From Octopus vulgaris (taxonomy: Eukaryota): a stretch of DNA of 64,000 nt. The stretch covers positions 161,448,001-161,512,000 of the forward strand of contig OX597814.1 in NCBI GenBank assembly GCA_951406725.2. The letters are read 5' to 3'. This document shows positions 13,424 through 26,099 of the stretch, piece after piece. Positions within the stretch are counted from its first letter, which is position 1; every line of letters begins with the position of its first letter. Both the position numbers and the translations under genes were made by a program. A model generated the notes under the pieces. It had not been told where the DNA came from. It worked only from the letters and a program-made list of their open reading frames with translations, and ran no database searches.

Positions 13424-14619
13424 CTAATAATAATCATTTAAAAAAAAAAGAAATTATACTTTTTGGGACAGCATATGGTCAAGATGAATATGTACAATAA
13501 GAAATCTACCAATATTGCTCTTGTTCTCAATCAATATCGCCAGTCTTTGGTTATGAATCTCTATTTATATGTTGGCGTCTTAATAGTCGCATCTATATAT
13601 TGGCATCTTAATATTTAACATGCTCAAAAGTTTCATTATTGTTTCCTCACCCAGAATCTCAGGAACAATTAACTCTCCATAGCATGGAAAGCGGATGTTA
13701 AACGATGATGATGATGATGATGATGATGACATACATATGTCAACGTTTAATCTATGTTTGTTACTATCTTATCTAACATAGCAACTTCTATAACACCTTT
13801 TTCATCATACCCCCATCACCATACATACATACATACAATTATACACTCCTACATTTATACATATCTGTCTGTCTGTCTGTCTGTCTGTCTATAAACACAC
13901 ACTCATAGGTATATCATAAAAATTTCTATCAAATCTATTTTGTATCTCTAGTCAATACTTTTATTAGTATAATGAGAGAATTCTCTATTGGTTTTGAATT
14001 ATTGGATATACTAGCTGTTTATTACTAAAATGTGAAATACAGAGAACCAAATCACAACTGAAATCACACCAAAAGAAATAGAAAAGACATTCTAAAGTGA
14101 GAAAATTGCTAGAAGCTATACTTGCCCATCATATAATATGATACATTTTTGTATTCATAAAAGAATATTGCTATATAGTAAAGTGCTCTTTATAGCAAAA
14201 CAGTATTGCACGGGGGGATAGTTTTTAATATGGCAGGGATGTCTGTGCACCAATGTACTTAATAGCTCTCAAAAGTGTGCCAAAATCGTCTTACTATAGT
14301 TTTTAACATTTCAAATATTTGATATTTTCAAAAGAAGGCTACTGAACAGAGTTTAATGTACAGAATGTATGTAATTATTAGACATTAGGTTATATTTGTT
14401 ACGTAATGATAGTTTACTAACACACACACACACACACACCTTATCGTCTAATTGTTGAGGCTAATGAACTCTGAATATGAGGGTACTAGGAATAATTGGT
14501 TCCATGCATGTGTACTTGAGTCATGGGAACCAGGTTAACTCATTTTTGATAGTAGGGTACTTTCCAGAATTCTCCACAGTTCATATGATGTAGATCTTTC
14601 CTGACTCATATAAACTCAT

Positions 14620-14815
14620 AGGGCTGGTTTCCATGGTGCATATATTCCCCCCAGTCCATCGCAGAGTCACTCATTTTTACCAGTTGAGTCAACTGGAGCA
14701 ACGTGAAATGAAGTGTTTTGCTCAAGAACATAATGCACCGCCTGACCCAAGAATCAAAATCACAATCTTATAATCATGAGCCAAACAATCTAACCACTTA
14801 GCCATGTGCCTCTAC
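14620..14815 (-). mobile_element. tRNA-derived SINE (family D-related head)
   Basis: Minus strand GGCACATGGCTAAGTGGTTAG...GATTTTGATTC...TCTTGAGCAAAACACTTCATTTCACGTTGCTCCAG. Confidence 0.7.
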
Positions 14816-15049
14816 ACTTATATGATGTAGTACACATGGTTTATTTTTACTGGACTTATAGAAATATGTTGCAAGAACAGTTTTGCATATGATATGCACA
14901 TGTTATTAAGCAAAAGTTTAATCAGCACAAGGAAGGTTAATGATCAAGCCACCATGAGTTATTCTTTTTATATATATTAACTGGCTTTTGCAAATTGGAG
15001 TTGGTGTGTGCATGTGTTTGCTGATGATATATGTAAGAAAAATGTTGAT

Positions 15050-16950
15050 CGGGGAATTTCAGAAAATTGCAGAGAGAAAATTGGGTGACATAATTACTGT
15101 TGTGTGAAGGAGATGAGATTCAGTAAAGGTGACAGGAGAGGCAAGGATAAGTAGGTTGATGTGGAGTAGGTGTTTAGTTCATTAGTTCAATGAAGTAGAG
15201 ACTATTGTAATAGCAATAGAAGAGTCAGAGACAAGAAACTGCTGTATGTCTGTGGGAGAGTAATTGTAGTAATGGTGAGAGTTTATTGCCAAACTGCCAA
15301 ATGAACTTTTTTGAGTTGTAGTAAATTTCTGGTTCTCTGGAAGCTGTACTGCAAATTGTGACTAAAGACTAAGATGCCTGTGGTGGGGTGATGGAGGAGG
15401 TGACTGTCGATGATTTGTTTCTGTTTGCTTTGAGATGCTGAAAGTCAGTGTGAAAAGTCAATACATTGCTGGGTCAAAGAGGTTTCCATTCTTAGAAACA
15501 GTGTAATATGTAGCATGTTTTCAGACTCCTGCAGCATTAGAGAGGAGGAGTTAAAGTGTTTGATAAGGATGGAAACTATCAAGAGCTTACTGAGAAGAAT
15601 AGATATGGAATGATATGAAACCAGTTGCCTTGTTGGTTTAGAATGACTGGATGGGATTTTGAACTGTGTGTATGTTGTGTGAGGCTTGAAATAAAGTTTA
15701 GGAGGAATTTCATTGAATATACAGTGTGAAATTTGAGGTGAAGTTAGTAGTAAATTTTTTTATTCATGTTCTCATTTCAGTCATTACACTGGGGCACTAC
15801 CTTGCAGAATTTTTAGTTGAATGAATCATCCACAGAACTTATTCTTCTTTTTTAAAGCCTGGTACTTGTTCTGTTGGTTACTTTTGCTGAACTGCTAAGT
15901 TACGGGGAAGTAAACACACCAGAAACAGTTGTCAAGTAGTGGGGGAGTGGGAGACAAACACAGACACAAAGACACACACACACACACACACACACACATT
16001 TATGACTGGCTTCTTTCAGATTCCGTCTACCAAATCCACTCATAAAGCTTTGGTCGACCTGAGGCTGTAGAAGATGCTTGGGGTTCCACACAGTGGAACT
16101 GAATCTGGAACCATGAGGTTGGGAAGCAAGCTTCTTACTACACAGAGACATTTTTGATAAAATTAGTGGAGATCATTTTAGCATAGAACCACAAGGTTTT
16201 GCAACAAGTAGTTGACAGGAGAGCTTACAGACTAAAGGATGCACAAAGGAAGATAGACCTGCAGGCATATTGGCAGAGGGTTGAAAATCTCCTAAATAGC
16301 TGACTTGAAGGAGCAGAGGCTTTGGAGGGAAGTTATTGGTTGTTAGGAGATGTATGTTGCCTATGTAAACAGAATACACTGGATGATCCAGTGTATTCTG
16401 TAACAATAATATATAGGTTTGGAGATGAGGAACAGATCAAGTTTGTTTAGTACACACTAAACAAACTAACACTAGTTTGAGTGTCAGAGATGCATATAGA
16501 AATGGATACAAACTAGTATAGGGAGTCAAAGATGGCCTGACAATTTGGTCTCTGAGCCAGCAGTTCCAGAAGGAATTCTATTCATCAATTATAATAAACA
16601 AATATGCTGACTTCAGAAAGAGAGATGACTTCAATAAAGGAAGTGAGATATTCAGATAGCAGATGTGACTATAAAAGTTTGGGAAACAGCAGATATAACA
16701 AACATGAAGTCAGCAGGTGGGGATAGAAGAAATAAAAAAGACATGAAGTCAGCAGGGATAGAGTAGAAGCCATTGATGCTAAAATCTAGGTAAGAGAGGT
16801 GTGTAGAAGGAAGAGGAGATTCCATGTCAGTACAGATAGATTGTTCAGAGGAAAGCTAGTTCAGGAAGTGTCACCTGGATACTGATAATGGTCAAGAGAT
16901 AGATGAGAGTTTCATGTGATATTATATACAATTAATGACCAGCTTTAAAA
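15050..16950 (-). mobile_element. Decayed CR1/Jockey-type LINE ORF2 fragment interrupted by a SINE A (15770-16148)
   Basis: Near 15445-15525 the minus strand reads KHATYYTVSKNGNLFDPAMY*LFTLT, a relic of WKHAxVxPIPKKG..PSNYRPISLT. Confidence 0.55.
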
Positions 16951-17324
16951 GTAATTGGCAGCCACTAAATAAAAGATATGAAAGGCATAAGGAATGAAAG
17001 TCAACAATAAAACATACTTTAAGAGAAACCTAATGAAATCAGTGGGTATAAATATGTTTGTGTGTGTAGTTTAGGGATATGAGACAATAGTATAATATAA
17101 AATGATTGCTTTCATGAGGTAAGAACTCATGGTATAACTGGAAGATTCTGTCTCTAAGCAGATGAAACTATACTTTCTTTTAAGAGATATTATACATTGG
17201 ATAATATAGTTTTGAGATACACTATATCTGAAAGCAAATGACAAAATGGTCATGGCTGGGATGTCTTTATTGACAGGTCTGTTGGATCAGGATTGAACTG
17301 GGGTTTAAACAACAACAGCAGCAG

Positions 17325-17590
17325 CAAGAAGAAGAAGAAGAAGAAGAAGAAGAAGAAGAAGAAGAAGAAGAAGAAGAAGAAGAAGAAGAAGAAGAAGAAA
17401 GGAGGAGAAGGAAAAGAAGATGAAGGAGGAGGAGGTGAAGGAAAAGGGGGAGAAAAAGAAGGCAGAGGAGAAGAAAGAAGAAGAAGAGGAAGGAAGAGGA
17501 GAAGAAAGAAGAAGGAGGAAGAAGAAGAAGAAGAAGAAGAAGAAGAAGAAGAAGAAGAAGAAGAAGAAGAAGAAGAAGAAGAAGAAGACA
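17325..17590. repeat. Two (GAA)n tracts joined by polypurine sequence
   Basis: About 24 and 23 GAA units; source of the poly-K/E/F/S ORFs. Confidence 0.95.
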
Positions 17591-18849
17591 ATGATAATGA
17601 TGGTAGTGTATATTTTGGAGATTTAGGTGCTGTTTCTAGCAGCTTGTGTGACTTGCATAGAGGTTTCCTGTTTGGCTTGTGTTGTACAGCCTTAAGACTA
17701 GTAAGCCCAATGATATTGGGGGTTGTGTGCATATGGAGAGGGGGAAATATTGGTGATTCATTAAAGATAGTATGGCATGGGAGAGGGGAAGATATATATC
17801 AGATCTATGACAATATGTGGTGGGGAGGGGTATTTTAGTGCTATGACAGTGACAGTATAGCAGAGTGGGGAGTGGTGTATTAGGGTTATGACTATGACAG
17901 TACAGCACTTGGGTGTGAGATATTAGTTTTTTGACAATGAGGATGGGGATGGGATGGATGGTAGATAAAATAGTGCTATGGCAATATCAGAAAGTTAGGA
18001 GTAGGGATATGTTTTTCTCTTTGCTGAGAAAAAAACATTACTTTTTCCAGAAACTGCACATCTAGGTTATTTCATATCAAACAACACCATAACCACTATC
18101 ACAGTTACCACTACTACTACTACTACTAAAACCACCACCCCACCACCACCATAGATATCACCATCCAATCTACCTTAGCAACCCCCACCACCACCACCAC
18201 CACCACCCCGCCACCATAGATATCAATATCCAATCTACCTTAACAACCACCACCACCACCACCACCACCACCGCCACCGCAGCCGCCAGTGCCACCAAAT
18301 CCTCCTCACTAAATGCCTCTTCTTCACCGTTAAAAATGATAAAATATCAGAAATTGAAAGTGTTTATCAGTTTGGAGTATGAAATATAAAACTTTGATCT
18401 TACCTGAAGCATAAAGAATATATTTTATCAAAGTGAGATACTCCTCCCCTACAGCAAAGGGATTATTTTGATTGATTAGTTCCTATCATAAAACTCCATA
18501 CACCTATAATCTCCAATAATTTTCTGACTGTTCATCAGTCTTAATGTTTCTCATTGACTTTCGGGAATGTGTTAAAGCTACTCCAAACTACAAATGCAAA
18601 CACACACCTCAATGCAGTCAAAGGATCTGTTAGAAATAACAGATAAATCTCTCACTTTTCACACTCTTGTCATCTTAAAAAAATAACCAGAGAAATTCAC
18701 TATTTAACCATTTCATGTTCAGATTATTCTGTAACATTTATTTATTCACATTGTTTTGAATTACTCATGTATTATCTCATAGCTTCAAGATTTTGATGAT
18801 GTAGTAGTTTATTTTTAGAATGACATTGTAAAAAAAAAGAAAAAAACAC

Positions 18850-19168
18850 CATTAGCACCTGTGCTGGTGGCACAGGAAAAACAGTCCAGTGCCACTGGAC
18901 TGGCTCCTGTGCAGGTGGCACATAAAAAGCACCATCTGCGATTGGCCGTTGCCAGTACTGCCTGACTGGCCCTCGTGCCAGTGGCATGTAAAAGCACCCA
19001 CTACACTCTCGGAATGGTTGGCATTAGGAAGGGCATCCAGCTGTAGAAACTCTGCCAGATCAGATTGGAGTCTGGTGCAGCCATCTGGTTCGTCAGACCT
19101 CAGTAAAATCGTCCAACCCATGCTAGCATGGAAATGGACGTTAAACAAAGATGATGATGATGATGATT
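18850..19168 (+). mobile_element. RTE-type retroelement 3' end (family C)
   Basis: AAAAGCACC repeats, GGTTGGCATTAGGAAGGGCATCCAGCTGTAGAAAC...AACCCATGCTAGCATGGAAA...(GAT)n; the same tail is attached to RTE coding relics at 50905-51960. Confidence 0.8.
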
Positions 19169-19370
19169 GTAGAGTAAGTGTGAGAGGCCACATCTGGCCA
19201 GTTTGAACACAAAGCAGGTAGAATATTTGGGCCAGTTATGACCAATTTAAATGCTAAATATTATAGTCATTCCTGTGCATTATTCTATGTGCGGTTCATG
19301 CACTTTTAACTACTTTTTCTGATGAGTTGTAGAGCACTTGAGCACAATAAGTACATTATCATTATTATTT

Positions 19371-20195
19371 TATCTTTTACTTGTTTCAGTCATTAGACTG
19401 CAACCATGCTGAGGTATCACCTTGTGGAATTTGATTTTAGTTGAACTTATCGACCCCAGTACTTGTTTTCTTCTTAAGCTTGGTACATATTCTATTGGTC
19501 TCTTTTGCCAAACTGCTAAGTTACAGAGATGTAAACACACCAACACTGGTTGTCAAGCAAAAGTGGGGGACCAGCACAGACACAAAGACGCACACATGAG
19601 GGGCTTCTTTCAGTTTCCATCTACAAAATCTACTCGCAAGGCTTTGGTTGATCTGAGGCTATAGTAGAAGACACTTGCCCAAGCTGCACACGGTGTGACT
19701 GAACCTGGGCCCATGTGCTTGGGAAGCAAACTTCTTAGTTCTTTATTGCCCACAAGGGGCTAAACATACAGGGGACAAACAAGAACAGACAAAGGAATTA
19801 AGTCGATTACATCGACCCCAGTGCATAACTGGTACTTAATTTATTGACTCCGAAAAGATGAAAGGCAAAGTCAACCTCGACAGAATTTGAACTCAGAACG
19901 TAACAGCAGACGAAATACCTATTTCTTTACTACCCACAAGAGGCTAAACACAGAGAGGATAAACGGATTAAGTCAATTATATCAACCCCAGTGCTAAACT
20001 GGTACTTAATTTATTGACCCCGAAAGGATGAAAGGCTAAGTCGACCTTGGTGGAATTTGAACTTTGAACGTAACGGCAGACGAAATACCGCTAAGCATTT
20101 CACCTGGCGTGCTAACGTTTTTGCCAGCTTGCCGCCTTCTTACCACACAGCCACTTCTTACATAGCAAACTTTTTACCACACAGCCACACCTGTA
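19371..20195 (-). mobile_element. SINE A interrupted by a dimeric SINE B (19738-20137)
   Basis: SINE A resumes after the insert; CTTCTTA occurs on both sides; the 3' unit of B is duplicated in tandem. Confidence 0.85.
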
Positions 20196-22624
20196 CCTAT
20201 TATAAGTATTTGAAAAATAAGATAAGGAAATAAAGAGATGGATGGTCACAAGTTGAATACTTTTGATCACAGGTGTTCTTGATTAAGACTGACTTGGACC
20301 GAACAACAACATGCCTGAAAATTAACATAGCTACACAAGAATATAATTTTCTGACAAAATCTCCATTTTAGCTCTTTTTATTTTTTATTCAGTAGATAAA
20401 GCAGAGGCCATGTTCATTTACAAGGCCTCCTAGATTTATGGGAGGGAGAGAGGGAAGGACGAAGCTATCCTCAAACCAGAAATTTGGCCTGAATGCTTGC
20501 AATAGAGGTATACAGGGTGCCAGATGGTGGTGTGAATCTGGGTGGCCAACTAAGTCTACCTCTCAAGCAGGTCATACCAAGATCTGAACTCAGAATGCAA
20601 AGAACTTAAACAAATACCACAAAGTATCTAGTCCAACCATTTTACAGTTCTGCCCCTCATCCTACCCACTGAATTGTAACTTTTTGTATTGACCATAAAA
20701 GGATAAAAAGCAAAAATTGACCTCAGTAAGATTTGAACTCAGAGCACACAGCATCAGAATAAATACTGTAAAGCACCCTACCTTGTATATCAAGTATCGA
20801 AAATAAATTGTTTCTAGTTAATTTCTCAAAAAACACATTTACCTTTCTTTCTATAACTAAATCTACGAATCAGAGATAGGTAATTCCACATTGTGGCCAA
20901 AATTATTAAGTAATGGAAACAGCCAAAGTAGGTAAAGAATCTTAGAATAACATTAGAAGAATTTTCCACCAGCCATATTAAACATTCTACAAGTCTGACA
21001 AACCCTAGTTTTCTCTGAAACTGCCAAAACCTGTACATCTCATAGAAAACAACACACACTCACACTCACAAAAAAAAAACTCATCTCAATATTATTTTTA
21101 TGATGCTGATGATGATGAGGATTATGAGAATGGTTATCATTACACTGAGAATAATAATGATGATTATTGTGGTGGTGATGACAGTGGTAATGATGATGAT
21201 GATGATGATAGTGACGATGATGTTGAAGTAATGGCTTAAGATTCTTTTAACAACTACATTTAGTCAGCAAATCCGATTTCCTTATCCTCAACTCTTGTTA
21301 TGCAGTTGAACAGACTTCATGAAACAGAACACAGTGGAATTTCAGCGGAAACTTAGACTCCTCCCCAACACCAGCCACCGCTCCCCCACCCTACCACCAC
21401 AACCCCTGTATCAGTTTTACGGAGGAGAGTTGGCTGTCTCCATTCACAACTGCAACCTCGATGCCGGCATAGTTGCAGCTTACCACAACCAACAATCAAC
21501 AGCAGACATTATCCTATGTGCTTTATTGATCTGGTGCTTGTCATTCGAAATTTAAATCAAAACTACTTGAATATATGGTTCTTTCTGAAAGTAAGAGCGA
21601 TGGGGATATATTTACACCACATTCATCTAACTAATAGACAGATTTAGGCCAACCCTTGCTTCACATGTATACATGCATTCAGTGCTTTACACACACATAC
21701 ACACACACACAAGCGCACACACACACATATTTACAATACTGACTCCCATTCAAGCAACTAAAGCATATAAACAAACAGAAGTGTGAAATGAATGCACAAA
21801 ATAATACTCAATGGTAATACTGCAGGTTTCGAAACGTATCCGAACACACACACACACACACAAATACATATATATATATATACACACTAAAATGAGGAAA
21901 GGGAATATATGATTGTATGTACATCAATGAATATAAATAATACGACTGCATAAAATATTCATTTTAGCATAATATACATTTACATTGAAAAATTAAAAGT
22001 TCAAGCATGAAAAGATATAGATATAAGATAATATAAATAAATGTATTAAAAAGAAGTTTGGAATATTAACTTTTATATAATTATTCATAAATACATACAT
22101 ACATATATATGTGTGTGTGTGTGTATTTGCATACAACTACACACAAGATTTATATATGTGAGCATAATAAAAGTAATTCTTGGGGAAAAAAAAACCCATA
22201 CCAAAAATATACACAAATATACATATGCAATTATACACATGTATGTGTGTGTGTCCAAGTGTGTGTGTGTGTGTGTTTTGTGTGCAGACACACAAATACA
22301 CGAGAGTGGCATTAAGCCCTTGGTAAAGTAAGCTGCATCACAGATTTGATTCCTCACGGCTTTATTTCTATTACACTTTGTACATGTAAACAAGACCTTG
22401 ACACGCTTCGTGCACGAAGAATCTGAGTGAGGTGACCTAACAGGGTTTGGAAAATGATGGGACATTTCTATTTGATATACAGGTAGAGAAAGGTAACTCG
22501 GTAGGTAAGTAGGTAGACAAATATGTACCTAAGTAAGTAGATAAGTGTGGGCATGTGTACACATACACTGATATATGTATGCATATATATGTATGTATGT
22601 GTATATATATATATATATATATAT

Positions 22625-22899
22625 AACATTAAATTTAGGGTAAAAATTGATATTTATCAATTAGAACCAGTGGTCTAGCATATTAAAGAAAGAATCCGAA
22701 GATTAAAATATTTATATATACCAATTAAGGACTGAACACGAAAAAGTGGACAGTCAACATGCTAGATATAGACGTCAAATCGCCATTCTCCACAAAAAGT
22801 CTATGTTCTCAGATCAAACTCAACACAAAACAAAACAAAAACAATATACGAAATAAATAGCATGTTGACTGTCCACTTTTTCGTGTTCAGTCCTTAATT

Positions 22900-22910
<11 letters not shown>
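22625..22910 (+). mobile_element. (TA)n-embedded element with a perfect 52-bp inverted repeat
   Basis: 22713-22764 is the exact reverse complement of 22858-22909. Confidence 0.75.
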
Positions 22911-22943
<33 letters not shown>

Positions 22944-25900
22944 CAATATGCTAGAATAAGATCATCTACGATCTAACTACAAAGAAAGTGGTCATCCCTT
23001 ATTATACGCATGTATATATATATATATGTATGTATGTATATGTACACACACACATACATATATATGTATGCACACACACAACACACATATGTATGTATGT
23101 ATGAATGCACACACACACACATATATATATATATATTATACCTACATACACAGAGAGAGAAAGAGAAAGAGAGAGAAAGTGACAGAGAGACAGAGAGCAA
23201 GAGAAAGAGAGATAGATTGGAATACATGCATGTATGTAGATTGGTAGGTGGACAGATATGTAAGTATGTAGGAATGTAAGTAAGCAGACAGATAGATAGA
23301 CAGACAGAAAGAAAGACAGACAGATAGATAATGGAAAATATATATAACATCAATCATGTTCTATTTCTCATCAATGTCAGATCAATTTAAAGTTAATGCA
23401 TGTTATTGAAAAACATTGAATAAAAAGCAGTGTGCAGTAACAAACAACTCTTCACCAAAAAAAAAAAAAACAAAAAAACACTGGAGATAGTGACTGTCTT
23501 GACCCAAGAGGTTTCTTCAGATTTATACACTTTTTTTTACTAAGGCTCAATTAAATAATATTTGGTTCTCTAAACCAACCCAACTAAACCCCTTATCTAC
23601 CCGCCCCTTCTATAACCCTCTCAGAATGATCATTTTCCCAATTTTTCTTTCAAAAACTGCATTAACTTGGGATTTCTTTCTAGTCTGTGTTTTATCGCCA
23701 ATCTTTCTATTGCAAGATTTTTAAACTGACCACAAATTGTAACCATTTTACATAGTTAAGAATCAATGATAGAGTTTCTATGTGTTAGAAATAAGAGCTT
23801 AATGCTTCTAAAATTACACACTGCCACCTTAAAAAATGGGGAAAACCTATTGGACAGCATAGTCCCTGGTATACAAAAAGACAGCCGGATTGTCTTTAAC
23901 TATAAGTCTGCCTGAATCAGGTCTGACCAAGGGCTACACAATAAGAACCTCACATATCTGTCTTTATACTCAGATCCAGATGCTCTTCATACAATTAAAA
24001 TATTCAACAATGATATTGATATTCTTATTTACATAAGTCTGATGCAACCTGTTTTCAAAGTGAAATCTTTCTAGAAGGACTTTTGGTGCTATTAATGTAG
24101 CTTACAGTTTCAAAATGAGCTAACAAGAGAGCCTCTATTTGCTCATTTGAAATACCAGCCAATTATCTTTCAAATCACATCTGATCATCTTAAAAATGAA
24201 GGATATATTGATGATTCATACAGAAATATTATTGATCACAGGTCTGATCAAACAGAGCAGACCTGAGGTTACCAACAACAACAACATACATTCAAATATT
24301 CTTGCAAAAAGATACTCCATGTTAATAATCACTTTATGAAGCAAATATCTTTTTGCAGCTATTTTTTTCTTTAATACAAATATTTGTTTTGTGAGACCAA
24401 CAAACCAGGTAATGCTTACAAGTAAATAGAATTGTATAAGAAAATAAATACTACATGAAAAATTAGCTGGTTCCTATTAAGCTTTATTACTATGTAAATA
24501 GTGTGAGCAACACTAACTTCTAAGCACAGCAGCAGATGCAAATACAAACAAGCTATGAGATTGTTGATATTGCAGGAATGAAAGATACTTAGTACTGCTC
24601 CAGTACCTTTCCCTTAATACACATACAAAATTCTCTTATGCAAACCCTTTATTAACAATAAGAATTAAATAACTTTTATGTTTTTGATAATGCAGACAGC
24701 TACATTAAACCTGACACTGAACACCAAACAATAACAAAAGATTTTAAAGTTATTTTTCTTGTTAAAACAAAAGTTACCCTTACAGACCCCATGCCCTATC
24801 TTCTACATCACCACTAACCAACATCTTTATCCTCATTTCTTCCTCCATTATCTTTAGTTATGTCTCTTTTGGTCTTCCTCTTCCATTACTTCCACATTCA
24901 TTTCTACTAGTCCTTTCACTTGCTTTCAACCTTCCTCAGTAATTGACCTAGCCACTTCCCTTTACAACATCCTTTCTGTACACTAATAATACTAATTTGT
25001 TGGGCATTACAAAACATTTGAATGGAGATGATAAAGGTATATCTTGTAAGGCTTTTTCTAAAGGGAGTTGCACAGCTTCCAAGTTACAAAGATTAACTGA
25101 AGCACAAATTCAGATCTATGATTGGAAATTAATAACCAGGAATTGATATCATGTAAATCTATGTGAAAATACCCATGGGTAATCAACTTAACTGCTTTTA
25201 ACCCACTTGGGCAGGCAAAATCTAATATGACAAAGGTAAAAATTCAACAAGTATAAATGGTATTCACAATGAACACCAATGATCATTATATTGTAGCTGA
25301 AAATTTTTATCAAAATTCATGTAATAGCTATATTTTTATAATTTTTACACTGGAGTGACTGCATATCATTAGAATTTCTTACTTTCCAATAGGCTTGAGA
25401 GAATTTATATAGAGAAAGCACCACAGGACTTCAAGAGCTAAATTTTTTATTCATAGAGTAAATAAGTTGCATTTCACTAACAATAAAGAAAAGACAAAAA
25501 GTTATTAATACAATTTACTTAATATATAGATTAAAAACTAAAACAAAGAAACCAAAATGAAAATTACTTTTGGAAACAGAATAATAAAATAATGCAGTTT
25601 TGAAAATAGAATCATAAAAAAATAAAAATAAATGCAATTTGAAGATAACACCACTTTTGAGATAAAGAAGAAACAGCCTAAAAATATATTTAAGAGCAAC
25701 AACTCTTAAATAATCAAGTATTTTGTGATTTTGTTATTCATTGAGTTTATGTTGCTACACAACCTTTATATTTCATTTTACCATTCTTCACTGATTATTA
25801 CTGCATTTCTTGATTGTTGTGTTTTTTGAAATTTCTAAAAATTCCCATCCAGCTGGAATTTTTTATCTTTGAATTTCTGTTTCTTTGTTAATGAAATGTG

Positions 25901-26099
25901 ATGTATTTATTTTGTGGATAAAACCTTTAATAATGCTTAGTGATGTATTTATCTGCAGATAAAAAGTATGCTGATGAATTAACTGATGATATATTGGCAC
26001 ATGATGTAATTAATTTGGGATGAAATTAACAGACAATGAGATAACCTGCAGAGGATTTATAGCAAATCAACCCTCAACACTGAAATGTAGCTGCCACAT

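Noticed and set aside
17250-17838. Long poly-K/poly-E/poly-F ORFs
   Set aside because: Translations of (GAA)n tracts; no splice context or domain
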